Shown here one piece after another: positions 26,211 to 39,140 of a stretch of DNA of 64,000 nt. Where the stretch lies: assembly GCF_009914755.1 (NCBI RefSeq), contig NC_060925.1; one strand, 5' to 3'. Position 1 is the first letter of the stretch. Every line of letters starts with the position of its first letter. The translations under genes were made by a program, and so were the position numbers. The notes below the pieces were generated by a model. It worked only from the letters and a program-made list of their open reading frames with translations, ran no database searches and was not told the DNA's origin. The DNA is from the human T2T-CHM13v2.0 reference genome, Homo sapiens.

Positions 26211-26817
26211 TAATGCATACATGAGCACAGGTCCACTGACCCTGACCAGGACGCAGAGGGGACAAAAAAGGACAGGACAATCTTACAGGAACTAGCTTGT
26301 TGATTAACTAATCAATTAATTATTAACATGATGTATAAACAGGAGTCTTTACTTGGGGCTTGCAAGGAACAAGGATTTAACTCTAGGACTGATGTGATGG
26401 GTGAGACTAATTGGACTTTCTGTTCATTAGTAACCCCTCCAGCCATGGTTGTCACAATGGTGGGAAGAGGAGCAGAGAGACACTCTTCCTTTGAAGATAA
26501 TACCACTTCTAAATGGTTTACAACAAGGAGCTTCTGAGCAGAATTGTCACACACAACTGCGCAGGGTATGCACTTCACCATTTCAGGGTACAAAAATGAT
26601 CCCCCTTGGGTTGTAAGCCTCCTAAGTTTCATCTGTAAAACTTAGTTCAGAGAATTATTATGAAGATTAAAAGGGCTACCACTGCTGAAACAGAGAACAT
26701 AGTGCCTGACAATGATTCATTGAACGGCTATTTGTTAAGGACTGGCTCTTAGTGGGTACTCATAGCATTTATACTCTAGAGGAATATACATACACTAAAC
26801 TAATAAATAAATAGATA

Positions 26818-27133
26818 TAGTAGTTCCCCCTTATCCATGGGGGATATGTGCCAAGGCCCCCAGTGGATGCCTGAAACCTCTGATAGTGCCGAACCTTATG
26901 AATACTATATTTTTTCCTACATATACATACTTATAATGTTTGTAAATTGGGCACAGTAAGTGATTCACAACAATAACTACTAATAAAATAGAATATTATA
27001 AAAATATACTATCATAAACGTTATGTGAATGTGGTCTCTCTCTTTCAAAATATCTTACTGTACTGTACTCACCTATTTTCAGACTGCGATTGACCTTGCA
27101 TAACTGAAACCGTGGATAAGAGAGAACAACAGT
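26818..27133 (-). mobile_element. MER44A-like TcMar-Tigger MITE
   Basis: TIR-like ends AGTAGTTCCCCCTTATCC...GGATAAGAGAGAACAACAG; internal CCCCAGTGGATGCCTGAAACC. Confidence 0.8.
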
Positions 27134-27139
27134 GCTTCC

Positions 27140-27420
27140 AAATTGTGATGAATGCTCTGAAGGAGAAAAGCAATAGAACAATGAAAAAAGGTTGAATAAG
27201 CAGAATGCAATTTAGAGTGGTGGGGTGTGGACAGGGCAGGCCTGTCCGGGAGGTGACATTGATGTTGAAGGCAGGGATGGGTTTGAGGTCACTTAGCAGA
27301 GAGTGGGAGAAGTGGGGGAAGGGGGAAGAGCTTTCCTGGCTGAGGGGAGTCATGTGCAGGAGTGTGGCTGGAACAAAGGCAGCCAAGGGGATACTGGCAT
27401 AGCCGAGGTTGGAGGCTCTT
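27140..27420 (-). mobile_element. L2 fragment
   Basis: CAGGGCAGGCCTGTCCGGGAGGTGACATTG. Confidence 0.65.
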
Positions 27421-27570
27421 AGCACGTGCTATTGCCCATTCTCTTTCCTTGTTTCCCTGGTTCTGTAACTTGGGCATCCATTCCACTCCCTGGACTCCAT
27501 CTGGGGAGTGATGTTACCTGGTGAATGGTCTAAAATATTATGAGTCATCCATTTTAAGAGGGTTTACATG

Positions 27571-27805
27571 CAGGGGTCTCCAATCTTTTGGCTTCCCTGG
27601 GACACACTAGAAGAAGAATTGTCTTGGGCCACATATAAAGTACACTAACACTAACGATAGCTGATAAGCTAAAAATAAATAAATAAATTAATTAAAAATA
27701 AAAAATCTCATAGTATTTTAACGAAGTTTACAAATTTAAATTGGGCCGCGTTTAGAGCTCTCCTGGGCTGTACGCGGTCTGCGGGCAGTGGGTTGGACAC
27801 GCTTA
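27571..27805 (+). mobile_element. MER30 hAT-Charlie MITE
   Basis: CAGGGGTCTCCAATCTTTTGGCTTCCCTGGG...ACACTAACGATAGCTGAT...GGTTGGACACGCTT. Confidence 0.88.
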
Positions 27806-28799
27806 GTGTACAGCCTAGGCACAATCCTATGGACGTAGCTCATGTGGGCCATGCTGAACTTTGGAGATACTCTGCCCACTTTCTCCTGCCTCTTTTTCCC
27901 TTTTAGTGTCTCTTCCCACTGCTGCTCAATGCCACTAAGCTGGACCCCAAGTGTCCCCAAAGTTAATACCCTCTGTAGATCTCCTCCAGAAGTGTCCACG
28001 CTTTGGAACTTCCCCATGCTTCTTGCCTCTTATTCCCCACCACACCTGGTGTGTTCTACATTCAGTTCCCTCTGGGCCTGGCTAAATGACTGACTCACAC
28101 ACTTGATTATTTAAATTAAGTTTATAATGGCTTAATAGGTTGACCTGTACAAAAGACAAATATATAGGAATTTCAAGTATAGTGAAAGAACCAATGGAAT
28201 AGAATTTTGGATGGCTGATGATCCTCAAATCTCATCATAATTGGTCATGTGAGGGGCGGGCAGCAGGCAGTAAGAAAGTTCTATCCCAGAGGCTGTATCC
28301 AGGCTTTGACATAATTTAATTTAACACAGAATAATATTCTTTCCTGCAAAAGGTGTCTATGGCTCTCCTAACCCTACCCAAGTTTCCAAAGGCTTGGGTG
28401 GGAAAGGAGCAGTTGGAAGCTGCGGACATTGTGAATCTAAGTACCTTACAACGGAGGCCAGCAGGAGGGATTCCTCTGAGGGCTTCTTCTGCCTCATGGA
28501 CCTCACAGTCTTCCCTTTCTGGCAAGGACTCTTCTGGTGTGCACCAGTGTCCCATATTGGATCCTGTGACTTAATTATTTTGTTGTTGATTAGTATATTA
28601 CTAATTGAAGGAGAAATGGATTTCTTCACAAATATCAAACAGTCAATAAGAAGAGAAAAATGTCTGCAAAACTGGATGACTTTCCTCACCTGTAAGGTGA
28701 GAAAGAAATGGTTCTTTGCCTCTCAGAGTTGTGAGGAGTAAAGACACTAATATAGGTCAAGCACTGAGCACACAGAAGGTACCAAGGAAAGGATAGAGT

Positions 28800-29135
28800 C
28801 ACGGTGGCACACCCCAAATCCTTGGGGCCAGATGTGTTTCAGAATTCAGACTTTGTCCAATTTTAGAAAGGTTATACAGCACAGATACCGTATGTTATGT
28901 AATATTCCCAGTGGGGCCTGAGGAAACACTCTTATTTCTGTAGTCAAACATATTAGTATTTCTTTAGTCAAATGTACGTGTGCCCACACTTGGCATGATA
29001 AATAAATACTATAAATAGCTTCAAATCAGTTTGAGTCATGTGTTGTCACCTAATAAGTGTGTGCCAAAGTTATGAAAAACACTTCCGTTTTCAGAACTTA
29101 ATAGATTTTGGAATTGCAACTAAGGGATTTCTATT
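28800..29135 (-). mobile_element. TcMar-Tigger relic (MER46C-like)
   Basis: CTTGGGGCCAGATGTGTTTCAGAATTCAGA...TTTTGGAATTGCAACTAAGGGAT. Confidence 0.6.
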
Positions 29136-29218
29136 ATTTTGTTTCTATAACTCAAGTAGTAAGATTTTCTCCTTTCCCCCCTCTAGTAGCCATTCAAGAA
29201 CCACTTTTCTTATTTATT

Positions 29219-29509
29219 TATTTAGAGACAGAGTCTTGCTCTGTCGCCCAGGTTGGAGTACAGTGGTGCGATCTTGGCTCACTGCCATCTCTGCCTCCTG
29301 GGTTCAAGCGATTCTCCTGCCTCAGCCCCCTGAGTAGTTGGGATTACAAGAATGTGCCACCACGCCTGGCTAATTTTTGTATTTATTTTCAGTAGAGACA
29401 GGGTTTGCCATGTTGGCCAGGCTGGTCTCGAACTCCTGACCTCAGGTGGTCCTCCCCTGTTGGCCTCCCAAAGTGTTGGGATTACAGGCGTGAGCCACCG
29501 CGCCTGGCC
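29219..29509 (-). mobile_element. Alu (AluS)
   Basis: TSD ACTTTTCTTATTTATT at 29203-29218 and 29511-29526. Confidence 0.95.
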
Positions 29510-29689
29510 GACTTTTCTTATTTATTCTGATTGTACTTTGAAGTGTAGAGACTGAAAATTCCTGATATATTAACTGAGGGCATAGGAACTGGGATGTAGA
29601 CATATGAGAGAGTAGGTTGTTTTATTATTCCAGGATGAGACCTAGAACCTCAGAAAAGCAGACTTTGACTCAACAGAAGAAGAAATTGG

Positions 29690-29865
29690 ATCATAACGCA
29701 ATCTACTGCATGGTGAGTTGCTGAGTCCTGGCTATCAGAGGTGTCCAGGCAGAGATGACAATGTATCTATCATGGATACTGTAAAGTGGATTCCTGTAAT
29801 GAGCTGAGGTTAAGATATATGATGTCCAAGCTCCCCTCCAGTCTAAAACCCTATAATTCTATATT
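29690..29865 (+). mobile_element. L3/CR1 (or MIR3) 3' end
   Basis: GAGGTGTCCAGGCAGAG...GGATTCCTG...CCCCTCCAGTCTAAAACCCTATAATTCTA. Confidence 0.6.
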
Positions 29866-30029
29866 TTTATTAGGGATTTAGTCACAATCAAGGGAGAGTT
29901 TCATCTCTATTATGCCAGGATTTAGGAGAATCAGGAAATTGTTATTTCCATCTTAATCTTTTTATCTGATCCCTGGGGCTGTAAGCGTGCCAGCAGATAT
30001 CTAAGGTAGACTATTGCTGAACTGTGCTC

Positions 30030-30290
30030 TGTGGGATGCTGATAGAGTTCTGTGATCAAATAAGTTTGCTCGGACAATTCAGTTAGACCATGTTGGGTTC
30101 AACAATTTAAAAATATTTCTTTTCCAAAGGACTTATATTGACTTCAAATTACTATTATATATTATAAATCTCCTAGAGGAAAGGGTGAAAGGCAGGATTT
30201 CTCAAATTTAATTGTCCACAGTTTTCAATTTAGAATGTGTCTGGTGAGTTAGTCTTCCAGGGAACACACTTTGAGAAAAGGAAGTCTAAA
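30030..30290. mobile_element. hAT-Charlie-type relic
   Basis: TGATCAAATAAGTTTG...TTTCTCAAATTTAATTG...GGGAACACACTTTGAGAAA. Confidence 0.5.
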
Positions 30291-30446
30291 AATGTCCTGG
30301 CTTGGTAAGATAAAGATTGATAGAGGTTACCATATAACAGGTCTGGTGCAAGGTGGTGGGAAAACAGTGATGACTAAGACACCCTCCTGCCTTAAACTCA
30401 AGGAGCCAGAATCTAGCAGCTTGATCAATTGTTTAATTTTATTTGA

Positions 30447-30779
<333 letters not shown>

Positions 30780-31159
30780 ACTTTCATGTCTTATGTTTTC
30801 ATCTAAGATATTTTATATAAGACATTCTTCTATTTTTATATTTGCATCTCCCATTTTCATGTTCACTTTTCTGAACTTTCTCCTTTCTATGTTTAAGTAT
30901 TATGAGAAATCATTGGCTAAAGAGGAACTCAAGGTGTAGAAGCAGAGAACAGAGGGTTGAGCAATTGCAGCCTCTGAGTTTGGAGGCTTCTCCTAGGCCC
31001 ACGAACCCACCCTGCCTTTTGTTCACCCCAATCTCTGGCATATGGCTTCATTATTTGTTGTTTCTGGGCTCTGATGGGTCACTTGGAGATCTCTCTTAGG
31101 TCATGAATGGTGGATGGAAGAGGAGTTCGGGGCTCTGGTGAAGCCAAAGGAGCTGAGTA

Positions 31160-31620
31160 TCCAAGCCATTTATTATCAGCATGATGAACGCTGACGATGG
31201 GCTTGCACTGTCAGATTACACACTTAATTTAATTAATAAAAAAATTAAGATCGTCACCATTAACCTGCATTTGCTCAGAATGCCACGGGGTGATTAGTTA
31301 GAATGGCACTGAAGGCTTTATAGTCCACTCTAGTAAGAATTACTTTGGTACCAATTAGGATTTTCCATAATATCACCCCGTGTAATATCCCTATTACCTT
31401 ACACATTTTCTACAAGTGATTGAGTTCAATACAACGCAGACACGATGTCACAGGACTCTCCCTCAGAGCATGCATGGGAACTCCCATGAATGTTAACACA
31501 CTCACTAAGTCGAGAGGAGACCCTGATTTTTTATATTACACAAACCCATTTCAAGGGTAATGATTCTCTGTCACAGTTTCTCAGAGCATTGGGAAATTAG
31601 ACTCACTGGTGGCTACAGAG
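31160..31620. promoter_or_regulatory. Candidate enhancer (CNE-like block F)
   Basis: Unique sequence; TAATTTAATTA, CTGTCA, CpG retention, two inverted repeats. Confidence 0.4.
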
Positions 31621-31776
31621 GCTCAGACAGTTAAAGGCTCTCCTTTGAGCATCTCAGATCTAAAATTGTCCTTAGTCCATGTGGGAATGTTAATTTTTTC
31701 AAGTCTATTTGACTTTAAACAGTTTACTTTTAGAGTCAAAAAAGAGCAAAGCATTCAGACAATTTCTTATAACTTA

Positions 31777-32092
<316 letters not shown>

Positions 32093-32149
32093 TCAATAAT
32101 TCCTGTTTGTAAAAAAAAAAAAATCAAGTGGAAAAATACAGTTAAGAAA

Positions 32150-32700
32150 AAAACATAAAAATCAAATAACTTTCCATCACTCTGAGAAGCCCACATATTA
32201 CTTAGTTACATACGTTTCCAGATTTTTTCTATGGAAATACAATGTTATAATTTTTATATAAACAGGATCTATTATATATGCTGATTTATTTAACAAAAAC
32301 ACAACAACAACATTCACATCTTGTCAGGTCAATAATTATGTTAACTTCATTTTTGAAATATTACATTGTAGGTTTTTACCTGTATTCAACTCAATCAGTT
32401 GCTTAGTGAGGATTTCCAATTTCTTAACATTATAAACATCAACTGGGATACACATCATATTGAATAAGTCTTTGGGCACATTTGAAATTATTTCCACAGA
32501 ATAAATTCTTAGAAGTGGAGTTGCTGCATCAAAAGTTGTGTACATTTTAAGTTTTTAAAATATTTTGGGCCAAATCGCCTTCCAGAAAGGTTTTACCAAT
32601 GTTTGCTCCCACCAGTATCCTTATCAGAAACAGACTTTTAAAATTCCCATTCTTTTTTGTCTTTGCTGAGTAGACAGATGAGAATGGTACTGTACTGTGT
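32150..32700 (-). mobile_element. Old L1 (L1ME-like) fragment
   Basis: TAAATTCTTAGAAGTGGAGTTGCTG...TTCCAGAAAGGTTTTACCAAT. Confidence 0.7.
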
Positions 32701-32799
32701 CAGAGAAATCTTCATCATCTGGGTCAAAAGGATGGTGTGATCTGAGCAGGTAGAAAGTGGAGAGGACCAGGGATATGGCATAAGATATCAAGATTTATC

Positions 32800-33345
32800 C
32801 AAATGTCATGAGATTCCCATTAGTCAGAAAACATACACTGAGCACTCACTGCAACCTAGAAAACCAACTAGAAATCTCCCTCTGCCTATGGGAATTTCAC
32901 TGTGCAGTAGGCGGCAAAGGGAGGTCTGCCATGGCAACAGATAACAACATAATACAGTGTGGAAGGTGTAAGGAGACATGCCCTAGAGGAGGCAGCCTTG
33001 AACTGGAATCTAAAGGTGGGGAAGAATTGGCAACTTGAAAGTCTCAAAGATAAGTCCACCGTGGTTTAGGAAAGGACTGGGTGAAATCTCCTTTCTTCAT
33101 TCATTCTACAAACTTACACTGGCCTGCTACATGTCAGACACTGTTCTAAGAGCTGCCGACAAGGTGATGAACAAATAGCAAATGGACTGGATCCCTACCT
33201 TGGTAGAGTTTCAGTTCTAACATGGGGATTGGTTAGAGCCACAGCCTTTAGGCCTCACTGGACTTGAAGCTTCAAAAGAAGAGGAACCTTGCCTGCCCTG
33301 TTAAAGCCTGGTATCCCCGGCACCAGTACAGAGCCTTGATGAACA
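32800..33345. mobile_element. L2 fragments
   Basis: TTCATTCATTCTACAAAC...CAGACACTGTTCTAAG...ATCCCTACCTTGGTAGAG. Confidence 0.6.
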
Positions 33346-34149
33346 GCTGTGATGTTGTCAGAGATAAGGAGAAACCCCACCAGTAGTATTCCAGTTGATC
33401 TCAGTTGATCAGAAATAAGGAGAATTCAGCAGTATCCCAGTTGATCAGAAAAAAAAAAAAAACAAAAAAACGAGTGAGAAGTGAATTGCCAGGGAAAAAG
33501 GCAGCAGGTGGAAAAAATAAGAGCAGGTGAAGGAAGAGGGGAAAACTGGGAGAGAAGAGAAAAGAGAGGAAAGATGAGCTTGCCACCTCTTGGGGAGCAG
33601 ACCACAGGGCACCTGACGCTCACAGTGCTCCATCCCCCATCGAAACCAAACTGCCAGCCGCTGCTCCTTCTGCATCCCACTCCAATCAGATCAGATAGGG
33701 AGGAAAGAGGGCCATCCCCAGAAGGCAGAACAGATCATTTCCCTTGCTTAAATATTGATGCATGCAGCAGGCAGCTGCACCCAGGTGGCTGAGCCAAAGT
33801 CCAGGCCCTTCTATTTCTGAGGATTTCCTCATGAGGCTCACGTCTTCCTTGACTCCGTGGCCTAACGAAATTGGACTTTTCATTTCTCGAAAGTATACTT
33901 GATCCTCTCAAAATGTTTCTACCTTACAGCTTTTCAAAAAATAAATAATAAAAATCTGCATCTCTCATCCTGTCTCATTTCCTGGACTTGGCACATCTTG
34001 CTGTGAGGGTTACATCTATTTAAGTCTCTTCTGCAGCCTCAGATTAGACAACTTGTGTCTGGCCCTACCTGGTGTGACAACTTATAAAAGAACAGATGAG
34101 ATGAGAAAGTCACGCAGGAATGGGAAAAAGAGACAAAGTCATTCTGTGT

Positions 34150-34385
34150 TTCCTTTTTTCTTCCTCATTCCTCCTTTCCTTTCCTTCTTTTCTTCCTTCC
34201 TTCCTTTTTTCTTCCTTCCTTTCTTTCTTTTCCTTCCTTTCCCTTTCTTTCTTCTTTCCCCTTTCTTTCTTCTCTTTCTTTCTTTTCTTTCTTTTTCTCT
34301 CTCTCTTTCTTTCCTTTTTCATTCTTTTCTATTTTTTTCTTTTCTTTCTTCTTCTTCTCTCTCTCTCTCCCTCTTTCCTTTTCTT
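34150..34385. repeat. Polypyrimidine (CTTT/CCTT/CT)n tract
   Basis: About 235 bp almost entirely C/T. Confidence 0.95.
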
Positions 34386-35387
34386 ATTGACCAGTGCCAC
34401 TTTACAAATACTTTCACATTTTGACATTTTTTCTTCCTCCTAAAGCTAGCTGTCCATAAAAAATTCAAGACGGATGTCTTGGGTAATTGCATGGAATTTC
34501 TAGTAAGTGTCAAGTATTTAGGATTAAAAAAAATCTCCTGACTTCAGCAGAATAACCCAAAAACTCTCATTAGTTACTCCACATTATTTAAATATATATT
34601 TTTCCTTCAATGTTTTAGGTGATGAAGAAGATTAAGAATGATTCCATAACGGTCAGTACAGTATTTCACATTCACTGACCTTTTGTGTAATTTGATATGC
34701 TCCTTCAGGAAGTCAGCCATGGCATGTTAGGGGAAAGCTTGATTTATAAACATTGCTCATGGGTGTGTGGGGAGGGAGTGGAGGGGAGTGTGTGGTTTGT
34801 TCCCATCATGAGTTTTTACCTTTTGAATCAGCTGACACCTTTTAGGAATTCATTAATGTATTCTTATTCTTCTAAATTACTGCCATATTTTCTCTATTAA
34901 TGTTCAGTTCCCCAGAAGAACTGGGCAGAGTTGAGACAGGAGGTCTTAAGGCTGGGTTGACTGGAGGGGTGTGGACCAGAGGAGACTCAAGTCATCACTG
35001 AAGGGGAGACAAGGATGACTGGGAAGACAGAGCATCAGATCTGGAGGGAAATTCTCAACAAGGACAGAGTCCATTTCTGGGGTGCCTAGAACGTGGTGTG
35101 GGAGTTGGGTAGATAGATAGGACCCCCAAATTGCCAGATTGGGTCTGACTTTCAGTGATTGGTACATATTATATGCCCCCAAATCTAATTAATTATTCAT
35201 TTAACTAGTAAATTGTTCCTTTGTTGATAAATGCTTAGTTGTCCTCTCTGAAGTACTTTTCTCAAGTGTCAATAATGTTTCTCCCACATAACCCTAAATT
35301 CCAAGTCTGCTGCCATTTGCACATTCTCACAATGTTTACAAAGTATTCCGGTTGGGACTTGCCCACTTAGATTAAAACCTTGTTCTA

Positions 35388-35588
35388 CGTGGACACAGGA
35401 AGGGGAACATCACACACTGGGGCCTGTTGTGGGGTGGGGGGAGGGGGGAGGGATAGTATTAGGAGATATACCTAATGTTAAATGACGAGTTACTGGGTGC
35501 AGCACGCCAACATGGCACATGTGTACATATGTAACAAACCTGCACGGTGTGCACATGTACCCTAAAACTTAACGTATAATAAAAAAAA
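35388..35588 (+). mobile_element. 5'-truncated primate L1 (L1PA4/5-like) 3' UTR
   Basis: GGACACAGGAAGGGGAACATCACAC...GTACCCTAAAACTTAACGTATAAT-A(n); imperfect TSD AAAACCTTGTTCTA / AATACCGTGTTCTA. Confidence 0.93.
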
Positions 35589-35604
35589 TACCGTGTTCTA
35601 AATA

Positions 35605-35900
35605 TCACATCTAGACACATCATAAAGAAACTACAGAACCAAAGAGATTTTTAAAAATAAAAAGCCTAATATTTACCAGACAGAGGAGACTGATTATCTT
35701 CCAAACAATGACTGCTAGCATGTCAGTAGGTTTTTCTGTGGCCACAAAATGAAATAATGACTTAAAAGCGCTGAAGGGAGGGGGGTAAAAATGAATCTAG
35801 AATCTTATACCCAGCTAAACCATCATTCAAGAATGAGTGTGAAATCAAGACATTTCAGCAATGCAATTCTAAGGAAGTTTACCATCTGGAGACCCATTGA
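35605..35900 (+). mobile_element. Ancient L1 ORF1-like relic (HAL1/L1M)
   Basis: CTAGAATCTTATACCCAGCTAAAC...GAAATCAAGACATTT encodes the RILYPAK...EIKTF motif of the ORF1p C-terminus. Confidence 0.6.
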
Positions 35901-36020
35901 AAATCCACAGAGGTGTGGGACACAAGAAACAATCGTGAGCAGGCAAGTGGGAAATTTAGTTAATTTACTTTTCAAAAGCTTACATTATATAAAAAGTAAA
36001 ATAAAATCTCTACATAATAA

Positions 36021-36331
<311 letters not shown>

Positions 36332-36511
36332 AACAAGTTTTTTAAGTATGCTAAATCCTTGTCTTATTCAGGAGGAGAACAATACTGAATTAACTTTAAA
36401 TTCTGTTTGAAAAATATTATTTCATATGTAGGTTAACACAGGAAGTTTCAGTTGTATCAACTTTTTTTTTTTTAACTTAAAATAAGTGCTTGAAAATATG
36501 GCTAAATGTTA

Positions 36512-36881
<370 letters not shown>

Positions 36882-37529
36882 AAAAATTGAAGTCTCCTTT
36901 TCTACTTTGCAATCTACTACAAAAACATTTAAAGTAGATCCTCTTTCAGGAAGGAGTCCCACTTTAGAATTTTAAGTAGATAGTCCAGTATGTACCCCCA
37001 AACTTTAAATATAAGCATGCTTCCTATTCAAAGTTTATGAAACTGAAAAATTAGAAGTAAGCTTCTCATAAGGCAAGGACTTGATCTACTTTCTATCTGT
37101 AACCCTGAAGAGCTAGCACAGAGCTTAACATTAAGTCCTCGATCAAGAAATGTTGAAAGAGTAAGTGAATAGATATGCCAAATATCAAGTTGCAAGGAAA
37201 TGTGTAATACATTTTAGAACAATTTTCAGCAAAAATGTTTAAAATTTATATCTGGATTCAGCCAAGCCAGAATAAAGCAACTTCACCGAATTTCCCTTCC
37301 CTGTTAATTTTCCATTTTCTTTAATGTGTTGCTCAGACTTCAAGGTTGATCAGACCTTTATTGGAGGCATAATATTTTTTGTCTTCCTCATGTAAGTCCT
37401 CCATCCTCCATCTCTCCTGAGTTCCCCTCCTGAGTTCTAGCTCTCTGCACAACCTACACCTAACTGTATTTCCTCTGCTTTGTCACCCAATACTGCTTCT
37501 TCTCCTATAGTTCCAACTTTGGTGAGTAA

Positions 37530-37750
37530 TAATACAAATAAGATTGAATAATCCTATCGAACACTCCCCATATGCTGGTTATTCCTCATATCATCTCACT
37601 TAATCCTCAAACAATCTTGTGAGGTGGATATTAGTGTTATCCCCATTTTACAGATGTAGAGACTAAGACAGGAGATTTAAAAACTTGCTCAAGGCCAGCG
37701 AGAGAGTAGGTGAATCTGATCTCAGAATGTAAGCTCCTGACCAGTACAGC
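37530..37750 (-). mobile_element. MIR
   Basis: TTATCCCCATTTTACAGATGTAGAGACT...AACTTGCTCAAGG. Confidence 0.8.
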
Positions 37751-37772
37751 AGCCTGCATGCCCCCAGGAGCT

Positions 37773-37806
37773 GGCGGAGGAGGAGGAGGAGGAGGAGGAG
37801 GCGGCA
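37773..37806. repeat. (GGA)n trinucleotide repeat
   Basis: GGCGGAGGAGGA...GGCGGC. Confidence 0.9.
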
Positions 37807-37898
37807 GATGATTCACAGCCACAATAGCATTGGCAACACTGGGGAGCTGCTCTTTCCCTACTTCTAACCAGGCACCAAATCCTGTCTGTTTTTTTCTC

Positions 37899-38415
37899 TG
37901 TGATGGTTAATACTGAGTGTCAACTTGATTGGATTGAAGGATGCAAAGTATTGTTCCTGGATGTGTCTGTGAGGGTGTTGCCAAAGGAGATTAACATTTG
38001 AGTCAGGGGACTAGGAGAGACAGACCCACCCTCAATCTGGGTGCCCACCCATCTAGTCAGCTGCCAGCATGGCTAAGATAAAAGCAGGCAGAGGAATGTG
38101 GAAGGACTAGACTGATTAAGTCTTCTGGCCTCCATCTTTCTCTCATGCTGGGTGCTTCCTGCCGTCGAGCATTGGACTCCAAGTTCTTCAGCTTTGGGAC
38201 TCTTGGACCTTCGACCACAGACTGAAGGCTGCACTGTCGGCTTCCCTACTTTTGAGGTTTTGGGACTCAGACTGGCTTCCTTGCTCCTCAGCTTCCAGGT
38301 GGTCTATTGTGGGACCTCACATTGTGATCGTGTGAGTCAGCACTCCTTAATAAACTCCCCTTTATATATACATCTATCCTATTAGTTCTGTCCTCTAGAG
38401 ACCCTGACTAATACA
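37899..38415 (+). mobile_element. HERV-L solo LTR, MLT2A (MLT2A2-like)
   Basis: TGTGATGGTTAATACTGAGTGTCAACTTGATTGG...CCCTGACTAATACA; 5-bp TSD TTCTC/GTCTC; AATAAA present. Confidence 0.92.
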
Positions 38416-38419
38416 GTCT

Positions 38420-38640
38420 CCTAATAAGAGCTAACATTTTGACAGTCTGTTCCAAGAACTACTTTGAAGGTTTTCAACAACCGTATGAGGTGGAGTACCA
38501 TTATTAACCTCCCACCATGTGGAGAAACTGAGGCACTGAAGAGGTGAGTAATTTGCCCAAAGCCACAGGATGGTGAACAGTAAAGCCAGGACTCAACCCC
38601 AGGCAGACCAGCTCTGGAGCCACGTTCTTCATCACTACTC
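38420..38640 (-). mobile_element. MIR
   Basis: GAGAAACTGAGGCAC...AATTTGCCCAAAGCCACA...TCAACCCCAGGCAG. Confidence 0.8.
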
Positions 38641-38659
38641 TGGACAACTTCTGAGCAAA

Positions 38660-39140
38660 ACCCCCTTCAGTGCCCTCCACACTGTCCCTGTGCTGTGGCG
38701 GGCTCTTAGCATCTCTAAACTGACCTATTACAACAGCTTCCTAACGGTCTCTATGTGCAGATTCTTCCTACCCCTTTCTTCCAAATTTTCCCCTCCATAA
38801 TGCCACCAGAGTGTCTTTGAGAAACACACCTCTGATCATGCCCTTTTTCTGCTAGAGGAAACCTGAGATGGTTCCTCAGCCCCTGCAGAACTGAGTGCAG
38901 ACTCCTTAGCATAGCATTCCAGGCTCCTCCCAGGCCAGCTCCAACCTCCATGGCCTTGTTTCCGAGGACTCTGCCACACTATCCGCCCTGTCACAGAGAA
39001 CCTTGCAGCATTTCTGGAACCAGCCGCATCCTTTCCTGTTCTCTGTGTTTCTGCGCACACTGTTGCTTTGCTTGGAATGTGCTTCCTTGTCTTTGGTGAG
39101 GGAACTTCTCTTCCACTCCCTGTCCAGCCCTCTAGCCCTC
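38660..39140 (+). mobile_element. L2 fragment
   Basis: TATTACAACAGCTTCCTAACGGTCTC...GCAGACTCCTTAGCATAGCATTCCAGGC. Confidence 0.7.

Noticed and set aside
34053-34513. Hydrophobic (F/L/S) and K/E/R-rich ORFs resembling membrane or coiled-coil proteins
   Set aside because: Artefacts of the CT-rich tract
37637-37822. Polyproline ORF
   Set aside because: Translation of a (GGA)n repeat plus MIR sequence
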